IMG/VR virus record: IMGVR_UViG_3300032038_000001
Location: 1-64,000 of that record
From: a virus
Taxonomy: Duplodnaviria > Caudoviricetes
Reading direction: 5' to 3' (one strand)
DNA length: 64,000 nt
The stretch's first letter is position 1. Each line of letters opens with the position of its first letter. A program made the position numbers and the translations under genes. The notes beneath the pieces are model-generated. The model searched no databases and had not been told where the DNA came from. It saw only the letters and a list, made by a program, of their open reading frames with translations. Shown here in pieces: positions 30,808 to 41,110 of the stretch.

Positions 30808-31905
30808 TCAAAGAGATAATGCTTCTAAAATTAGTGGATAATTCGCGAATCGTGTTTTGTTAATTTTTATAAGAGAATTCATATCTACTCTATTTTGTCT
30901 TTGATTAAATATTGACATTTTTTCAGCAGTTGTTAATTCTTCATACATATTAGATACTGAAGAACAGTAAAAATTATTTATGAATTCTTCTTTAATATCA
31001 GAGTCATGAAAAATAGAACCAATCATCTCGGGATTTGTAGTGCTTAACTGTATTTCTTTTCGATGAATTCCTTCTTCAATATATCGCTGAAGTATTCTTG
31101 GTCCTATTCCAGATAATCCGTCTATTGAACGACTTCTGTCACCAAGCACTGAAAGTAGAGCACAGTAGATGCTGTATGAATTATATACCTTTTTCAGCGG
31201 TTCTAATTCATCATCTGGTTTTCTTGTTATCTCTTTTAAATACTCATTAAGTGAAGATGTCACTGTACATGACCCCAATCCTTTATGGATGAAATGATTG
31301 ACAAATTTGGGTATAAAACTATACTGGGTGTCATAATATTCTCCACCAATAATTAAATTTTTACGTGTTTCATCTTCTTTGGCTATAACTAATGGGACTA
31401 AAGAGCCTTCAATATTTTTTGCAGAAATATAATAAAGATTTGGTATAAATTCACAGTACGTTCTTACTTCAGGTAAGATAGAATTTTTAAGTGCGTCTGT
31501 AAGATAAACAAATCTCGGGTTATCATTATATTTGCATAAATAGTACGTTCTGTAATCTTCGTTATACTTATATTGATTGAATTCAGTACTTTCAAAATCT
31601 GTATGATACAGATATACATTTGTATCCAAGCCATTTGATACAAAAAATCTTTTGTAATGACCCGCAAGGTTTAAAATATTAGAAATCAGTATTATATCAA
31701 AATCTCTTTGTAATACTAATTTCTTTTCTAATTCATTTATCATTGTTAGGTGTTTAAACACCGTTTCTAAGTTTATAAAAACATTAATTTTGTCTTGTGG
31801 TTCAAGAAATTTTTTTGCTGTTAAACTTTCATCATAGTCTTTATATCTCATTTTTAAGATATTAAAACAAACAGCAAATGGATTAAACGATGAATAATCA
31901 GACAT
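30808..31905 (-). CDS. 5'-3' exonuclease / RNase H (FEN-like)
   Basis: PIN-like N-terminus; helix-hairpin-helix LGDRSRSIDGLSGIG. Confidence 0.7.
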   Translation of the reverse strand: MSDYSSFNPFAVCFNILKMRYKDYDESLTAKKFLEPQDKINVFINLETVFKHLTMINELEKKLVLQRDFDIILISNILNLAGHYKRFFVSNGLDTNVYLYHTDFESTEFNQYKYNEDYRTYYLCKYNDNPRFVYLTDALKNSILPEVRTYCEFIPNLYYISAKNIEGSLVPLVIAKEDETRKNLIIGGEYYDTQYSFIPKFVNHFIHKGLGSCTVTSSLNEYLKEITRKPDDELEPLKKVYNSYSIYCALLSVLGDRSRSIDGLSGIGPRILQRYIEEGIHRKEIQLSTTNPEMIGSIFHDSDIKEEFINNFYCSSVSNMYEELTTAEKMSIFNQRQNRVDMNSLIKINKTRFANYPLILEALSL

Positions 31906-32029
31906 TTAGTTCTCAAACCCCTTTCTTAAATTTATTCGTTATTTAAAAGTTTTCTGCTAGTTATTTTAATATATCGAATACAAAAAAAAGAGAGAGTATA
32001 CCCGAAGGTATACTCTCTCACATTAATTA

Positions 32030-32737
32030 TTAGTGACCGCGAATCTTTCTGTTAAGTTCTTCAGCCAAATTGAAATTTTTCTTTGACTTTTTACTCTTAT
32101 CAGTATATCTATAGACTGTGTAAATGAATTCTCCAGTCTCCTGTTTATTCAGCTTCTTAATCTCTACCATAAACTTCCGACCTGTATGCTCAATATCTAC
32201 GAGCATATCATAAAATATTCTTACTGGGTCAAGAAGCATCAGAACGACCTTTGTATCCTTGTCTACCTGATGAATCCTAGGGACAGAAAGCGTCACCAGA
32301 TTTCTTGAGCTTTCTCTTGATACCTCCTTCTGGCGGCACCAAGCGGAACTCTGGAATAATGTTCTGTCTTTTTTATCGTACTGGTATGCTTCAAGAATCT
32401 TCCAATACGGTGCTGAAATATTAGCATAGTTGCCAGTATTTCGTGTGGGGTTAAACATCGGAAGTTCATCCCGATTATTCTTTCCTTTTTCCTTTGCTCT
32501 CTTATCCTCGATTACGTCGAGGCTGAGAGTAATAGCCAGCGGAACAAATTTCCTACTAGCTTCTCCAGAGTCCACATGCACATCAATATTAGGTGCATCG
32601 ACTCCTGATGCGCGGAGTTTCGCGCTTACTGCATCAAATTTCTTCTGAAGATATCTCTCAACATGCTCAGTAGAAATTTCGATGAACAGCCTGTTCATGT
32701 CAGGTGTAAGTCCCGATCTTGTTTTAATCATAGCCAT
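32030..32737 (-). CDS. Hypothetical early protein
   Basis: 235 aa; early promoter TATACATCAT at 32800-32809. Confidence 0.65.
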   Translation of the reverse strand: MAMIKTRSGLTPDMNRLFIEISTEHVERYLQKKFDAVSAKLRASGVDAPNIDVHVDSGEASRKFVPLAITLSLDVIEDKRAKEKGKNNRDELPMFNPTRNTGNYANISAPYWKILEAYQYDKKDRTLFQSSAWCRQKEVSRESSRNLVTLSVPRIHQVDKDTKVVLMLLDPVRIFYDMLVDIEHTGRKFMVEIKKLNKQETGEFIYTVYRYTDKSKKSKKNFNLAEELNRKIRGH

Positions 32738-32923
32738 ATTAACACGGCCCCTTTCTGTAAATTCGGTAAACTAGATTAACGATTACGTTTACCATAAAAA
32801 TGATGTATAACTTCGCATCAAAAACAATTTTTGTTGCTTAAAGTTAAATTAAAGTTATATAAATATTAAAAAATAATTAAAAAAAAAATAAGTCGCAAGT
32901 GATTTCACTTGCGACTTAAAAAC

Positions 32924-33736
32924 TTAATTTATGTATATGCCATTGTCATAGACAATAACATATTTAACCGGACTTTGCCAAGCCCAGTCAAATTGAGCTT
33001 CATTAGAGCCCATGAGGATTACATCCTCGGGAAGATAATCCTCATCGACGACGAATTCTATCATTCCGCCATCGGCTCCAACATAGCCATTCCCATCGAC
33101 TGTATCGCAATAGCGTTTACAGTCAGAGAGAACACATTGTAGACGCAGTCCATTTTCCAGGACCACATCCACGAACTGGCCTTTTCTGCTCGTTATCTCC
33201 TGACCGAGGGCAATACAGTACCTACCCCCGACCAATCTGATCCCTGTTGTGGGATCAGTTGAACCGTACCAAGCCTGTAACATATATTGTTCAGACTCAG
33301 TATCAGTAATTGTCCTATAATCCATATAGGACATCCTGGTACTTTGATACCCTGACGGAGCATAATAAATTTCTCCATCGAGAGCACCAACTGAAGATTC
33401 TTCGGATTCTGATGACGATGAAGATATTTCTTCTAGTATCTTTTTCATATCCTCATCATCGTTGTTATTGAAGCTTTCACTATTAGTTTGAGGTGAACAA
33501 GCTTCAATGAATTTCACCTCAACACCACCAGACCCGTTGTTATTTTCTACCTGTGATTCATGAATCACAGGTAGTTTTTTACTCTCCGAAATTCGGAGAG
33601 CTGTTATCGTAACCGACAACGTTCCACAAAATGCTACCGTTACAATCGCAGCAACTGTAGCTAGAACTCGTACAGCACCCCATCGACCAATCATCTTTCT
33701 CCACAGTTTTTCTACCATCATCATTGTTCTTCTCAT
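32924..33736 (-). CDS. Membrane-anchored protein with putative 3D/double-psi-barrel cell-wall domain
   Basis: N-terminal TM helix, S/E-rich linker, GRYCIALG...G..VDV......C.LSD.K...IEFVVD; early promoter at 33824-33833. Confidence 0.5.
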   Translation of the reverse strand: MRRTMMMVEKLWRKMIGRWGAVRVLATVAAIVTVAFCGTLSVTITALRISESKKLPVIHESQVENNNGSGGVEVKFIEACSPQTNSESFNNNDDEDMKKILEEISSSSSESEESSVGALDGEIYYAPSGYQSTRMSYMDYRTITDTESEQYMLQAWYGSTDPTTGIRLVGGRYCIALGQEITSRKGQFVDVVLENGLRLQCVLSDCKRYCDTVDGNGYVGADGGMIEFVVDEDYLPEDVILMGSNEAQFDWAWQSPVKYVIVYDNGIYIN

Positions 33737-33920
33737 TTTTTTAACCTCCTGTTTTTTATTTTTTATAATGAGAATTACATAGCACCTTTAAGTATTTATT
33801 ATTATTTAGGTGTATGCTATTATATGATATATAATCGTGATATTTAAAAAAACGCAACCATTAAAAATGAATTAAAAATACTACAATCGTTTAAATCAAA
33901 TAAAAAGGAGTATTCTCATA

Positions 33921-35105
33921 ATGAAATATAATGGATATGTTATAAGTGATATTCATATAGGTGCTAAAGATGTTGATAAACTATATGAAGAATACACTAA
34001 AATGTTCATAGATATTATTAAAAAAGATAAAGTTGATTTTATTGTGATATGCGGTGATTATTTTGATCATAAGTTATTCTTAAACGATAAAGAGTCTGCA
34101 TATGCATATGCTATGATGGTAGATTTAATTAAAGCTACCAACGAAGATACAAAAATACGTATTGTATATGGAACTGAATCTCACGAGTGTAAACAGTATG
34201 AGATAATATCAAAACTAAATAGTATTTATAATAGAGATATTAAAGTTATAAAATACGCATCAGACGAATTCTTATTTAAAGACTTGCATATTTTGTATCT
34301 TCCGGAAGAGCATATTATAGATAAACATGAGTATTATAAAGACCTCTTTGATAACGAAACACCTTACAATTATATATTTGGACATGGGGTTATCCGAGAA
34401 GCCATGAAAGAGGCTGCTGTACAATTAGAAAATGATAAGAGGAAACGAAAAAAAGTTCCAGTGTTTTCAACAAGTGAATTTAGAAAGATATGTATAGGTG
34501 AAACATACTTCGGCCATTATCATGTCAATACTGAATTTGATGGGGTTTATTATGTTGGTTCATTTACTAGATGGCAGTTTGGAGAAGAAGCGTCTAAAGG
34601 ATTCTATAAAATATCATGTGATACTAGTAAAAATAAATATAAACATAAGTTTATAGAGAATACTATGGCTCCAATTTATAAAACGATATCATTTGGTTAT
34701 GATAATAATATATTTAATTCTATAGAAGATATGGAAGAGAAACTTAAAAAAATTGATGAAATTCTGTCAAACAAAGTTTTTGATAATGTGCGATTTATAT
34801 TCAATATTCCTACAGATTATGAAGACCCTGAATTTTTGATTTTATATCTGAAAGAAAGATATAAATTTAATGATAAAGTAAAAGTAGAAATAGTAAATGG
34901 ATATATTGACGTTAAACGTAAACAACAAAAAGAAGAAGTGCAGAAAGAGAATACGAAGTATTCATTTATATTTGACAAAAATATGAGTCTTGAAGATAAG
35001 ACTTCACATTTTATAAAAATAGAATATAATCGAGATATATCATCCGAAACTATCTCAAAATATTTATATAAACCATTAACCGAAATCTTGAAAGGAAATG
35101 ATTAA
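33921..35105 (+). CDS. sbcD: SbcD/Mre11-family metallophosphoesterase nuclease
   Basis: SDIHIG, GDYFD, GTESHE, GHG and GHYH motifs; YVGSF.RW.FGE. Confidence 0.85.
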   Translation: MKYNGYVISDIHIGAKDVDKLYEEYTKMFIDIIKKDKVDFIVICGDYFDHKLFLNDKESAYAYAMMVDLIKATNEDTKIRIVYGTESHECKQYEIISKLNSIYNRDIKVIKYASDEFLFKDLHILYLPEEHIIDKHEYYKDLFDNETPYNYIFGHGVIREAMKEAAVQLENDKRKRKKVPVFSTSEFRKICIGETYFGHYHVNTEFDGVYYVGSFTRWQFGEEASKGFYKISCDTSKNKYKHKFIENTMAPIYKTISFGYDNNIFNSIEDMEEKLKKIDEILSNKVFDNVRFIFNIPTDYEDPEFLILYLKERYKFNDKVKVEIVNGYIDVKRKQQKEEVQKENTKYSFIFDKNMSLEDKTSHFIKIEYNRDISSETISKYLYKPLTEILKGND

Positions 35106-35107
35106 AA

Positions 35108-35704
35108 ATGAGAAAGCCTAAGTTTATTATCGTTATTAACGGTAAAGGTGGTGCTGGAAAAGATACATTGGTTGAAATGGCTAGAAAACATTTTTCAGTA
35201 GAAAATATTTCATCAATAGACCCAATAAAAGATGCTGCCCTTTATCTAGGATGGACTGGAGATAAAAGTAATAAATCTAGAAAATTTCTTGCAGATTTGA
35301 AAAAGCTAGTAACAGATTTTAACGATTATCCAACAGTATCTCTTATAACAAAAACTATAACATTTTTAAAAAGTAATAGTGATGTATTATTTGTTCATAT
35401 ACGTGAAGGAGAAGAGATTACTAAATATATTAATAATGTATTAAAAGTTACTAAACAAGATCAAAATAATACAGTATCTCCATATGAATATAGAATAATT
35501 ACATTATTAATACGTAGGGAATCGAAAAATAATAAAGAATACGGTAATACATCGGATGATAATGTTGAAAATTATAAATATATGTATACTTTTCATAATG
35601 ATTTACCATTGGATGAAACAGAATATGTATACCTAATGTTCTTATTAGGTATATTTAACGAAATAAAAAACAAACAACCGACAATTCCATATATTGATGA
35701 TTAA
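35108..35704 (+). CDS. P-loop nucleotide (dNMP-like) kinase
   Basis: GKGGAGKDT Walker A; SIDPIK; FVHIRE. Confidence 0.7.
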   Translation: MRKPKFIIVINGKGGAGKDTLVEMARKHFSVENISSIDPIKDAALYLGWTGDKSNKSRKFLADLKKLVTDFNDYPTVSLITKTITFLKSNSDVLFVHIREGEEITKYINNVLKVTKQDQNNTVSPYEYRIITLLIRRESKNNKEYGNTSDDNVENYKYMYTFHNDLPLDETEYVYLMFLLGIFNEIKNKQPTIPYIDD

Positions 35705-35750
35705 AAACGTAAAAAAAGAGTGTGTATAGATATATACACACTCTTTTTTA

Positions 35751-36524
35751 TTACCATGCAAATAAAAATACTATAATTGCTAAAAATTTTGATATTGCTT
35801 CCTTAAAGAAAAGACTTATCTTTGTACATACTTTTTCAATTAAACCAACTTTTTTAGGAATAACTTCTGCACCAAGAATATCTCTTTTAATTTCTATCTT
35901 ACTTACTTCTGCTTCTATTTCTTGTATTTTATTAATACACTTATCAATAGTTGCAAAAACTGATGAATGTCCAGTAAGTTCAGATGTAAAAAATTTTATA
36001 GCACTATTTGTACTAATAGTTATTTCTTTATCAGCTATAGCATCTAATTCATTTTCATACTTTTTTCTAGTTGATTCAAATTTAATTAAATCTTTATCAA
36101 TTTCTGCAACGGACTCATATTTAGTCTTCTGCATTTTAGTGAGTTGTTTCATTAAATCAGATGCCATACGTACATATTTTTCTTTATATTTTTCAACATC
36201 TTTACTTTTTACTGTTCGTTCTCCAGCAAGTTGTTTAGCTATCAAAGTTCTTCTTATTTCTTCAAGTTTCTTCTTTGTTGTTTTTTCTCGAATTAATGTA
36301 TTCCATTTAGTCTTAATATCAATTGCAAATTCACGCAATGATATTATAAGTTTTTTAAAAAACATAGAAACTTTATGCATAAAACTTTCATGTTCTTTTT
36401 CAGTAACATAATGATTATCGTATATAAATTCTGTATATTCGAGGATAGCTTGATCGAGTTTATTTGAATTTATTGATAAAGCAGTTTCAAATGCTAAATC
36501 ATTATTATATAAAAAATCTTTCAT
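35751..36524 (-). CDS. Inner-head paralog family protein
   Basis: YVTEK plus the SFMHKVSMFFKKLI helix; late promoter at 36556-36567. Confidence 0.55.
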   Translation of the reverse strand: MKDFLYNNDLAFETALSINSNKLDQAILEYTEFIYDNHYVTEKEHESFMHKVSMFFKKLIISLREFAIDIKTKWNTLIREKTTKKKLEEIRRTLIAKQLAGERTVKSKDVEKYKEKYVRMASDLMKQLTKMQKTKYESVAEIDKDLIKFESTRKKYENELDAIADKEITISTNSAIKFFTSELTGHSSVFATIDKCINKIQEIEAEVSKIEIKRDILGAEVIPKKVGLIEKVCTKISLFFKEAISKFLAIIVFLFAW

Positions 36525-36623
36525 TTATTTTCACCTCTATAAATATTATTATAGTTAGTACAATGTTTCGGATAGAAAATAAACTAGATTGAATATATGC
36601 TATTCAATCTAGTTTATTTCTTT

Positions 36624-36824
36624 TTATTCTAGTGATTTATAATAAAGAGTGCAGTGACAATAACCTTCAAAGTTAGAATCTTTTATTTGATCTCTGAACT
36701 CTTTACACATACACTTATTATCAGGTATCTTTTCAATTCTACAAGGGCAATATCCATCATTTTCTTTCAAACTCTTACGAACTTCGTCAACAATGGATTT
36801 ATCTTGATTTAGCTTTACTGACAT
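36624..36824 (-). CDS. Ferredoxin-thioredoxin reductase catalytic-subunit-like Fe-S protein
   Basis: GYCPCR...CMC.EF...CHC.LY cysteine pattern. Confidence 0.8.
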   Translation of the reverse strand: MSVKLNQDKSIVDEVRKSLKENDGYCPCRIEKIPDNKCMCKEFRDQIKDSNFEGYCHCTLYYKSLE

Positions 36825-36845
36825 TAATTATATCACCCTTTCGGA

Positions 36846-37538
36846 TTACATTCCAGTAGAACCTATTCCACCGGTTCGTTTTTTATTTTGTACGCCATCA
36901 AGTATTTCTGTTGCAGTTATTCCATAAGACATAAATATACCCTGAGCAAATCCTGTACCAGCACTAACTTCAAATGGCTCTTGGTGTGTATTATTATTTT
37001 CTTTAGTTATTATTTTACCATCATTATCAAATGACATTTTAGCTGTATTATCAAATCCATCATATACTATTTTTATCATAATATGACCATAATTATTAGC
37101 ATTGTAATAATCACTATCAATTATGCCTACAGTATTTACAATTGATAATCTGTACTTAAATCCCTGACCACTCCTAGGGAATAATGCCAAAAAGCATCCT
37201 TTAGGCATTTTTGATCTAATTCCTGTAGGAATTGTTATATCGGTACCACAATTTAATTTTAAATCAAACGGTATAAAGAAATCATGCCCAGCACTATCAG
37301 AAGTTCCTCTTTCAGGAAGTTTAATATTATTAAAAATATTATGTACCATATCTTCTGGAGCATCACCATATAACTTACACCAGTCTTTATAATACTGCTC
37401 AAAGGGAACCTTTTCAAAATCTGGATTAGATTTTTTAATAGCTTTTTCAATCATTTCCTGTTGACCAAGTATTGTAGGGCCTCCTTGGAAAAATCCAGGA
37501 TCGATTTCAGAATTTGGGGTAATTAATTTTGGTGTCAT
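36846..37538 (-). CDS. dut: Trimeric dUTPase
   Basis: All five motifs present: SAGHD, PRSG, GIIDSDY, FAQG and RTGGIGSTG. Confidence 0.92.
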   Translation of the reverse strand: MTPKLITPNSEIDPGFFQGGPTILGQQEMIEKAIKKSNPDFEKVPFEQYYKDWCKLYGDAPEDMVHNIFNNIKLPERGTSDSAGHDFFIPFDLKLNCGTDITIPTGIRSKMPKGCFLALFPRSGQGFKYRLSIVNTVGIIDSDYYNANNYGHIMIKIVYDGFDNTAKMSFDNDGKIITKENNNTHQEPFEVSAGTGFAQGIFMSYGITATEILDGVQNKKRTGGIGSTGM

Positions 37539-37642
37539 AAAAAACATCCTTTCAAATAAAAATTTATCTAAATGTGAGAAAGAAAATAAAGATGTATGGC
37601 ATATATTTCATTACCATACATCTTTATTTATATATAGGGGAG

Positions 37643-37921
37643 TTAATTATGAATGCCTATCATTTCATCGAAACTAACATCATCTGTAGCTTCAAGTAAC
37701 ATATTAATTTCTCTCTGGTCATCACTATCATCAGATGGCATCTGATTTACTATATCTTTTGCCTCTATAAGATCAACAAGAGATTCTTTTATATACTGCG
37801 ATTCAGCTTTGTCAACTCTATCAGCAATGATATCTTCATTTGCCATTTCACGTACAAATGCTACTTCGTGTAAAAACGTAGCACGCTTACGGCGAATCTT
37901 ATCAACTGCATTTTCAATCAT
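37643..37921 (-). CDS. Small acidic late protein
   Basis: Late promoter at 37951-37962; SD gaaagga. Confidence 0.6.
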   Translation of the reverse strand: MIENAVDKIRRKRATFLHEVAFVREMANEDIIADRVDKAESQYIKESLVDLIEAKDIVNQMPSDDSDDQREINMLLEATDDVSFDEMIGIHN

Positions 37922-38016
37922 TAGGATCATTCCTTTCTATAAAAATATATTATGGTACTGTTTTAAAATAAAAAAAAGAAGAGTGAATTTGTAACATTCA
38001 CTCTTCTTAATATAAT

Positions 38017-40104
38017 TTAATGCTTATCGCTCATTAATTTAGAATACTCTTTAAGATGATCAGTTGAAATTTCTGGTTTGAAAAATGCATCTATATATGA
38101 CGCACCAGTTCTCTTATCATATACATCATCACTTAAGAATAACTTCTTGATATTTTGGAAAGATAAACTAATCAACGGGGATTCGTTCATTTCCAATGCC
38201 TTTCTTACGGTTAATATTGAATATCTAGGCATCTTCTTCTGACTAAAATCAGGTCTTGAATATATATCTTCCTCTGAACGAATTAGTCTGTTTATTATTA
38301 TCTCTGCAGCTACATTATTTGCCGAAATACCAGACTCTATTAACAACTCCAAGAATCTCTGACTCATAGAATCAATTGTCTCATTTATACCATCACATTT
38401 ATTTTTGTTGATGAGATCCATCAAATCATACAATGGCTTTGTTAACTCCTGATTCATGATAACAACCTCAAAGAGTTTAATGTTATCATCAAGATCCTTA
38501 AATTTTATAAGACCTTTGTTTTTCTTCATGAGGTCTAATGCCTCACGAGAGACAAATATTTCTTTTTCATTGAGTGTATAGATGGGAATATCTTCTTCAG
38601 AGGAATCTTCTATATTTTTAATATAGAATTTACCATTCTCTATTACGGTGTTATATAGTGAGTCATCATCCATTTCTTCAACTTTCGATAGATCGTTTGG
38701 ATCTATATAAATCGCATAATCGTTAATATCATCAACAAACGGATTGTAATTAACTATTGGATTTATTTCACCACATACTATGGTAAAGAATTTATGAAAA
38801 TCCTCATTAAACTTAACAACCTCTGAGTTTGTTGTCAGAAGATGTTTAGTCGAAAGAATTGATTGGTTGACAACCTTAGTAACTTCCTCACTTTCAAATG
38901 CCGCAAAACCATCAGAGATATCCTGATTTATTACAGCTGTAAGTCCTACACAACGAGGGCAAACCTTATTACTATCTCTACATGCACACGTAGCAGGTGA
39001 ACGTACAAGAATCTTCTTTCCAATAAGATGCTTACACTTTGACGAATCGAGAAGTGATAAATAATCAGACTCCGTTTCTTTGAAATACTTTCCATTTAGC
39101 TTATTGAGAATTTTTTCATTCTTAACATCATAAGTAACTAAATGTGAAGTACCACAATCTGATATATCTGTTGATATCGACAATGTTCTTGCAAGAAGCA
39201 AAACCATTTTTCCGAAATAACCTGCTCGTCCCATTACTTTTTTATTAGTAACTAATGACTTTCTAGCACCAGTTGCATCCGTATATAAATCAGATGGTTT
39301 TGTCAATCCTTTATAAACGGTAGAATTCTGGATAGGCATCGGTAATGTCTCACCAGTTAATGTAGGTTTGAGACCTTCTGATATAGTAAATTCTCTGAGC
39401 TGTTTCAGTTTTATACCTGTTTTTGCAGTAAGAATTACACCTATTCCATTATTAGGTGATGACTTGAAAATATCAATAGTCCTTTTTTCAAACTCATCGA
39501 GTTTAACTTCAATATCATGCGGTGCCATGCCATCAGAGAACTGATACTCCATCATTTCCCTAAATTCAGTATTTTCTTCATACATATTGATGAATGTCTG
39601 AGCGTCAAAATTCAAACCCAGTATCAAAGAAAAATCCTGAGATATTTTTCTAAGATTATAAAGCACTTCTGATATTGAGTAGTTGACAAAAGTATTTTTA
39701 ACATGATATTCTCTTAAAATAGTTATCAGACGACTGTTGATATAATCATTTATTCGAGGAATATCATTATAACAATCTAAAATAAAACTTTTATCAAGAA
39801 CTTCAAGATCATTAAGCTCTGTGAATGGATACCACAGAATCATATTAACGTAGAAGTGTCTCAGCTCAAGTTCATGTGTTTCGTTATCATTCTTATAGAA
39901 CTTAAACTTTATGGGGAATTCTCTGCATTCCCTTATAACAAAACAGCCTTTAACTATATTTCCAAGTTTTGTTATAAATATATTATAGTCATCATGGCTG
40001 TTTAAATAATCAGAAATTATATATAATGGTTTTAACCACTCTTTTAATTCCTTTCTATTATTTATTATTGGTACGTCTTTCATTAAGTTGAACGACATAT
40101 GCAA
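38017..40104 (-). CDS. Split multisubunit RNA polymerase beta' subunit (C-terminal part)
   Basis: Bridge-helix-like GARKSL...K....AGYF; zinc site DCGT...RSPATC...CPRC; trigger-loop-like QSILSTKH. Confidence 0.85.
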   Translation of the reverse strand: MHMSFNLMKDVPIINNRKELKEWLKPLYIISDYLNSHDDYNIFITKLGNIVKGCFVIRECREFPIKFKFYKNDNETHELELRHFYVNMILWYPFTELNDLEVLDKSFILDCYNDIPRINDYINSRLITILREYHVKNTFVNYSISEVLYNLRKISQDFSLILGLNFDAQTFINMYEENTEFREMMEYQFSDGMAPHDIEVKLDEFEKRTIDIFKSSPNNGIGVILTAKTGIKLKQLREFTISEGLKPTLTGETLPMPIQNSTVYKGLTKPSDLYTDATGARKSLVTNKKVMGRAGYFGKMVLLLARTLSISTDISDCGTSHLVTYDVKNEKILNKLNGKYFKETESDYLSLLDSSKCKHLIGKKILVRSPATCACRDSNKVCPRCVGLTAVINQDISDGFAAFESEEVTKVVNQSILSTKHLLTTNSEVVKFNEDFHKFFTIVCGEINPIVNYNPFVDDINDYAIYIDPNDLSKVEEMDDDSLYNTVIENGKFYIKNIEDSSEEDIPIYTLNEKEIFVSREALDLMKKNKGLIKFKDLDDNIKLFEVVIMNQELTKPLYDLMDLINKNKCDGINETIDSMSQRFLELLIESGISANNVAAEIIINRLIRSEEDIYSRPDFSQKKMPRYSILTVRKALEMNESPLISLSFQNIKKLFLSDDVYDKRTGASYIDAFFKPEISTDHLKEYSKLMSDKH

Positions 40105-40195
40105 CGCCTTCCTTTCTACTTTTTTATTAAGGTGTGAATAATAAAATAAGATTCTAGTAGTAAAAACTTACTACTAGAATCTTATTATTACTATA

Positions 40196-41068
40196 TCACT
40201 TTGTCAGAGATGAGTCCATGAATTTGTTTATAACCCCTAAGTTCTTCATGAAGATAATATATAAGTCTTCATTATTAACCGCATAAGATATACTCTCTAT
40301 ATTCTTGAGAGTACTATCAATAGTGGAATATTCTCCCCATATTTTAGCTGTTTCATAAGGGTCATCAACGAACGCCTTGTGACAGAAAGGAGCTATTATT
40401 AGATGCTTGTTGCCTATTTTTGTAGCAGCCTCAAAAGTATCACTAATAAGCCTGTTAATAACTTCAAGTCCTGTCGGACGTTCAATACCATCCTTCATAT
40501 ACTTTACAGATGGTTCTGAAATAAGAAGTAGATTAATCTTAAACGGATTTTTACGTATCTTGCCTGTATTATCATCCAAAAATACAAACAGCTGAGGTAT
40601 CATCAGCACGTTAGTAAATGATGTCTTATCATCTTCATTAATCGACTTCCAATCATTTTCAATTTTATCATATACTGCTGCCAATGTTGAAGTTCTCATT
40701 AGAGTACCAACAATTGAATCATCCAGCATATTGAAAATTTCTGTTGCTGATTTTTTATTGACGATATGAACTACCGTCTGGGTGTCAGCATCAGATAACT
40801 TCGAAAGCATTTCACCCATTTTCCACATAGTTGTAAGGTTTGACGTCACGTCAACCATAAATGATGATGAACTAAGGGCTATCTTTTCATTAGTTAAGAT
40901 ACCCTCAATTCTCGAGCATACAGCGTTGTTTAAAGATTCTGAAATAAAGGGTTCGAGAGAAACCTTTTCACCTTTAACAAATTTAACTTTTCCTGACTGC
41001 AAAATTTTTATATTCTGCTGTGCAACAGAATATTCGTCCTTCTTTTTCTTCTTCTTACTCATAAACAT
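40196..41068 (-). CDS. Hypothetical; possible degenerate macrodomain (microbial PARG/DUF2263-like)
   Basis: LMRTSTL, IPQLFVFLDD, INLLLISEP and LIIAPFCHKAFVDDP echo the order of DUF2263 elements, but the catalytic residues are not evident. Confidence 0.4.
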   Translation of the reverse strand: MFMSKKKKKKDEYSVAQQNIKILQSGKVKFVKGEKVSLEPFISESLNNAVCSRIEGILTNEKIALSSSSFMVDVTSNLTTMWKMGEMLSKLSDADTQTVVHIVNKKSATEIFNMLDDSIVGTLMRTSTLAAVYDKIENDWKSINEDDKTSFTNVLMIPQLFVFLDDNTGKIRKNPFKINLLLISEPSVKYMKDGIERPTGLEVINRLISDTFEAATKIGNKHLIIAPFCHKAFVDDPYETAKIWGEYSTIDSTLKNIESISYAVNNEDLYIIFMKNLGVINKFMDSSLTK

Positions 41069-41110
41069 TTTAAACCTCCTAGTTTATAATATTTTTTATA
41101 TATTTCATCA

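Noticed and set aside
35722-36411. 229-aa plus-strand ORF and other antisense ORFs (e.g. 46571, 46588, 54212, 55939, 49544)
   Set aside because: They are shadows of better-supported genes or tRNAs on the opposite strand, with no SD or motif support.
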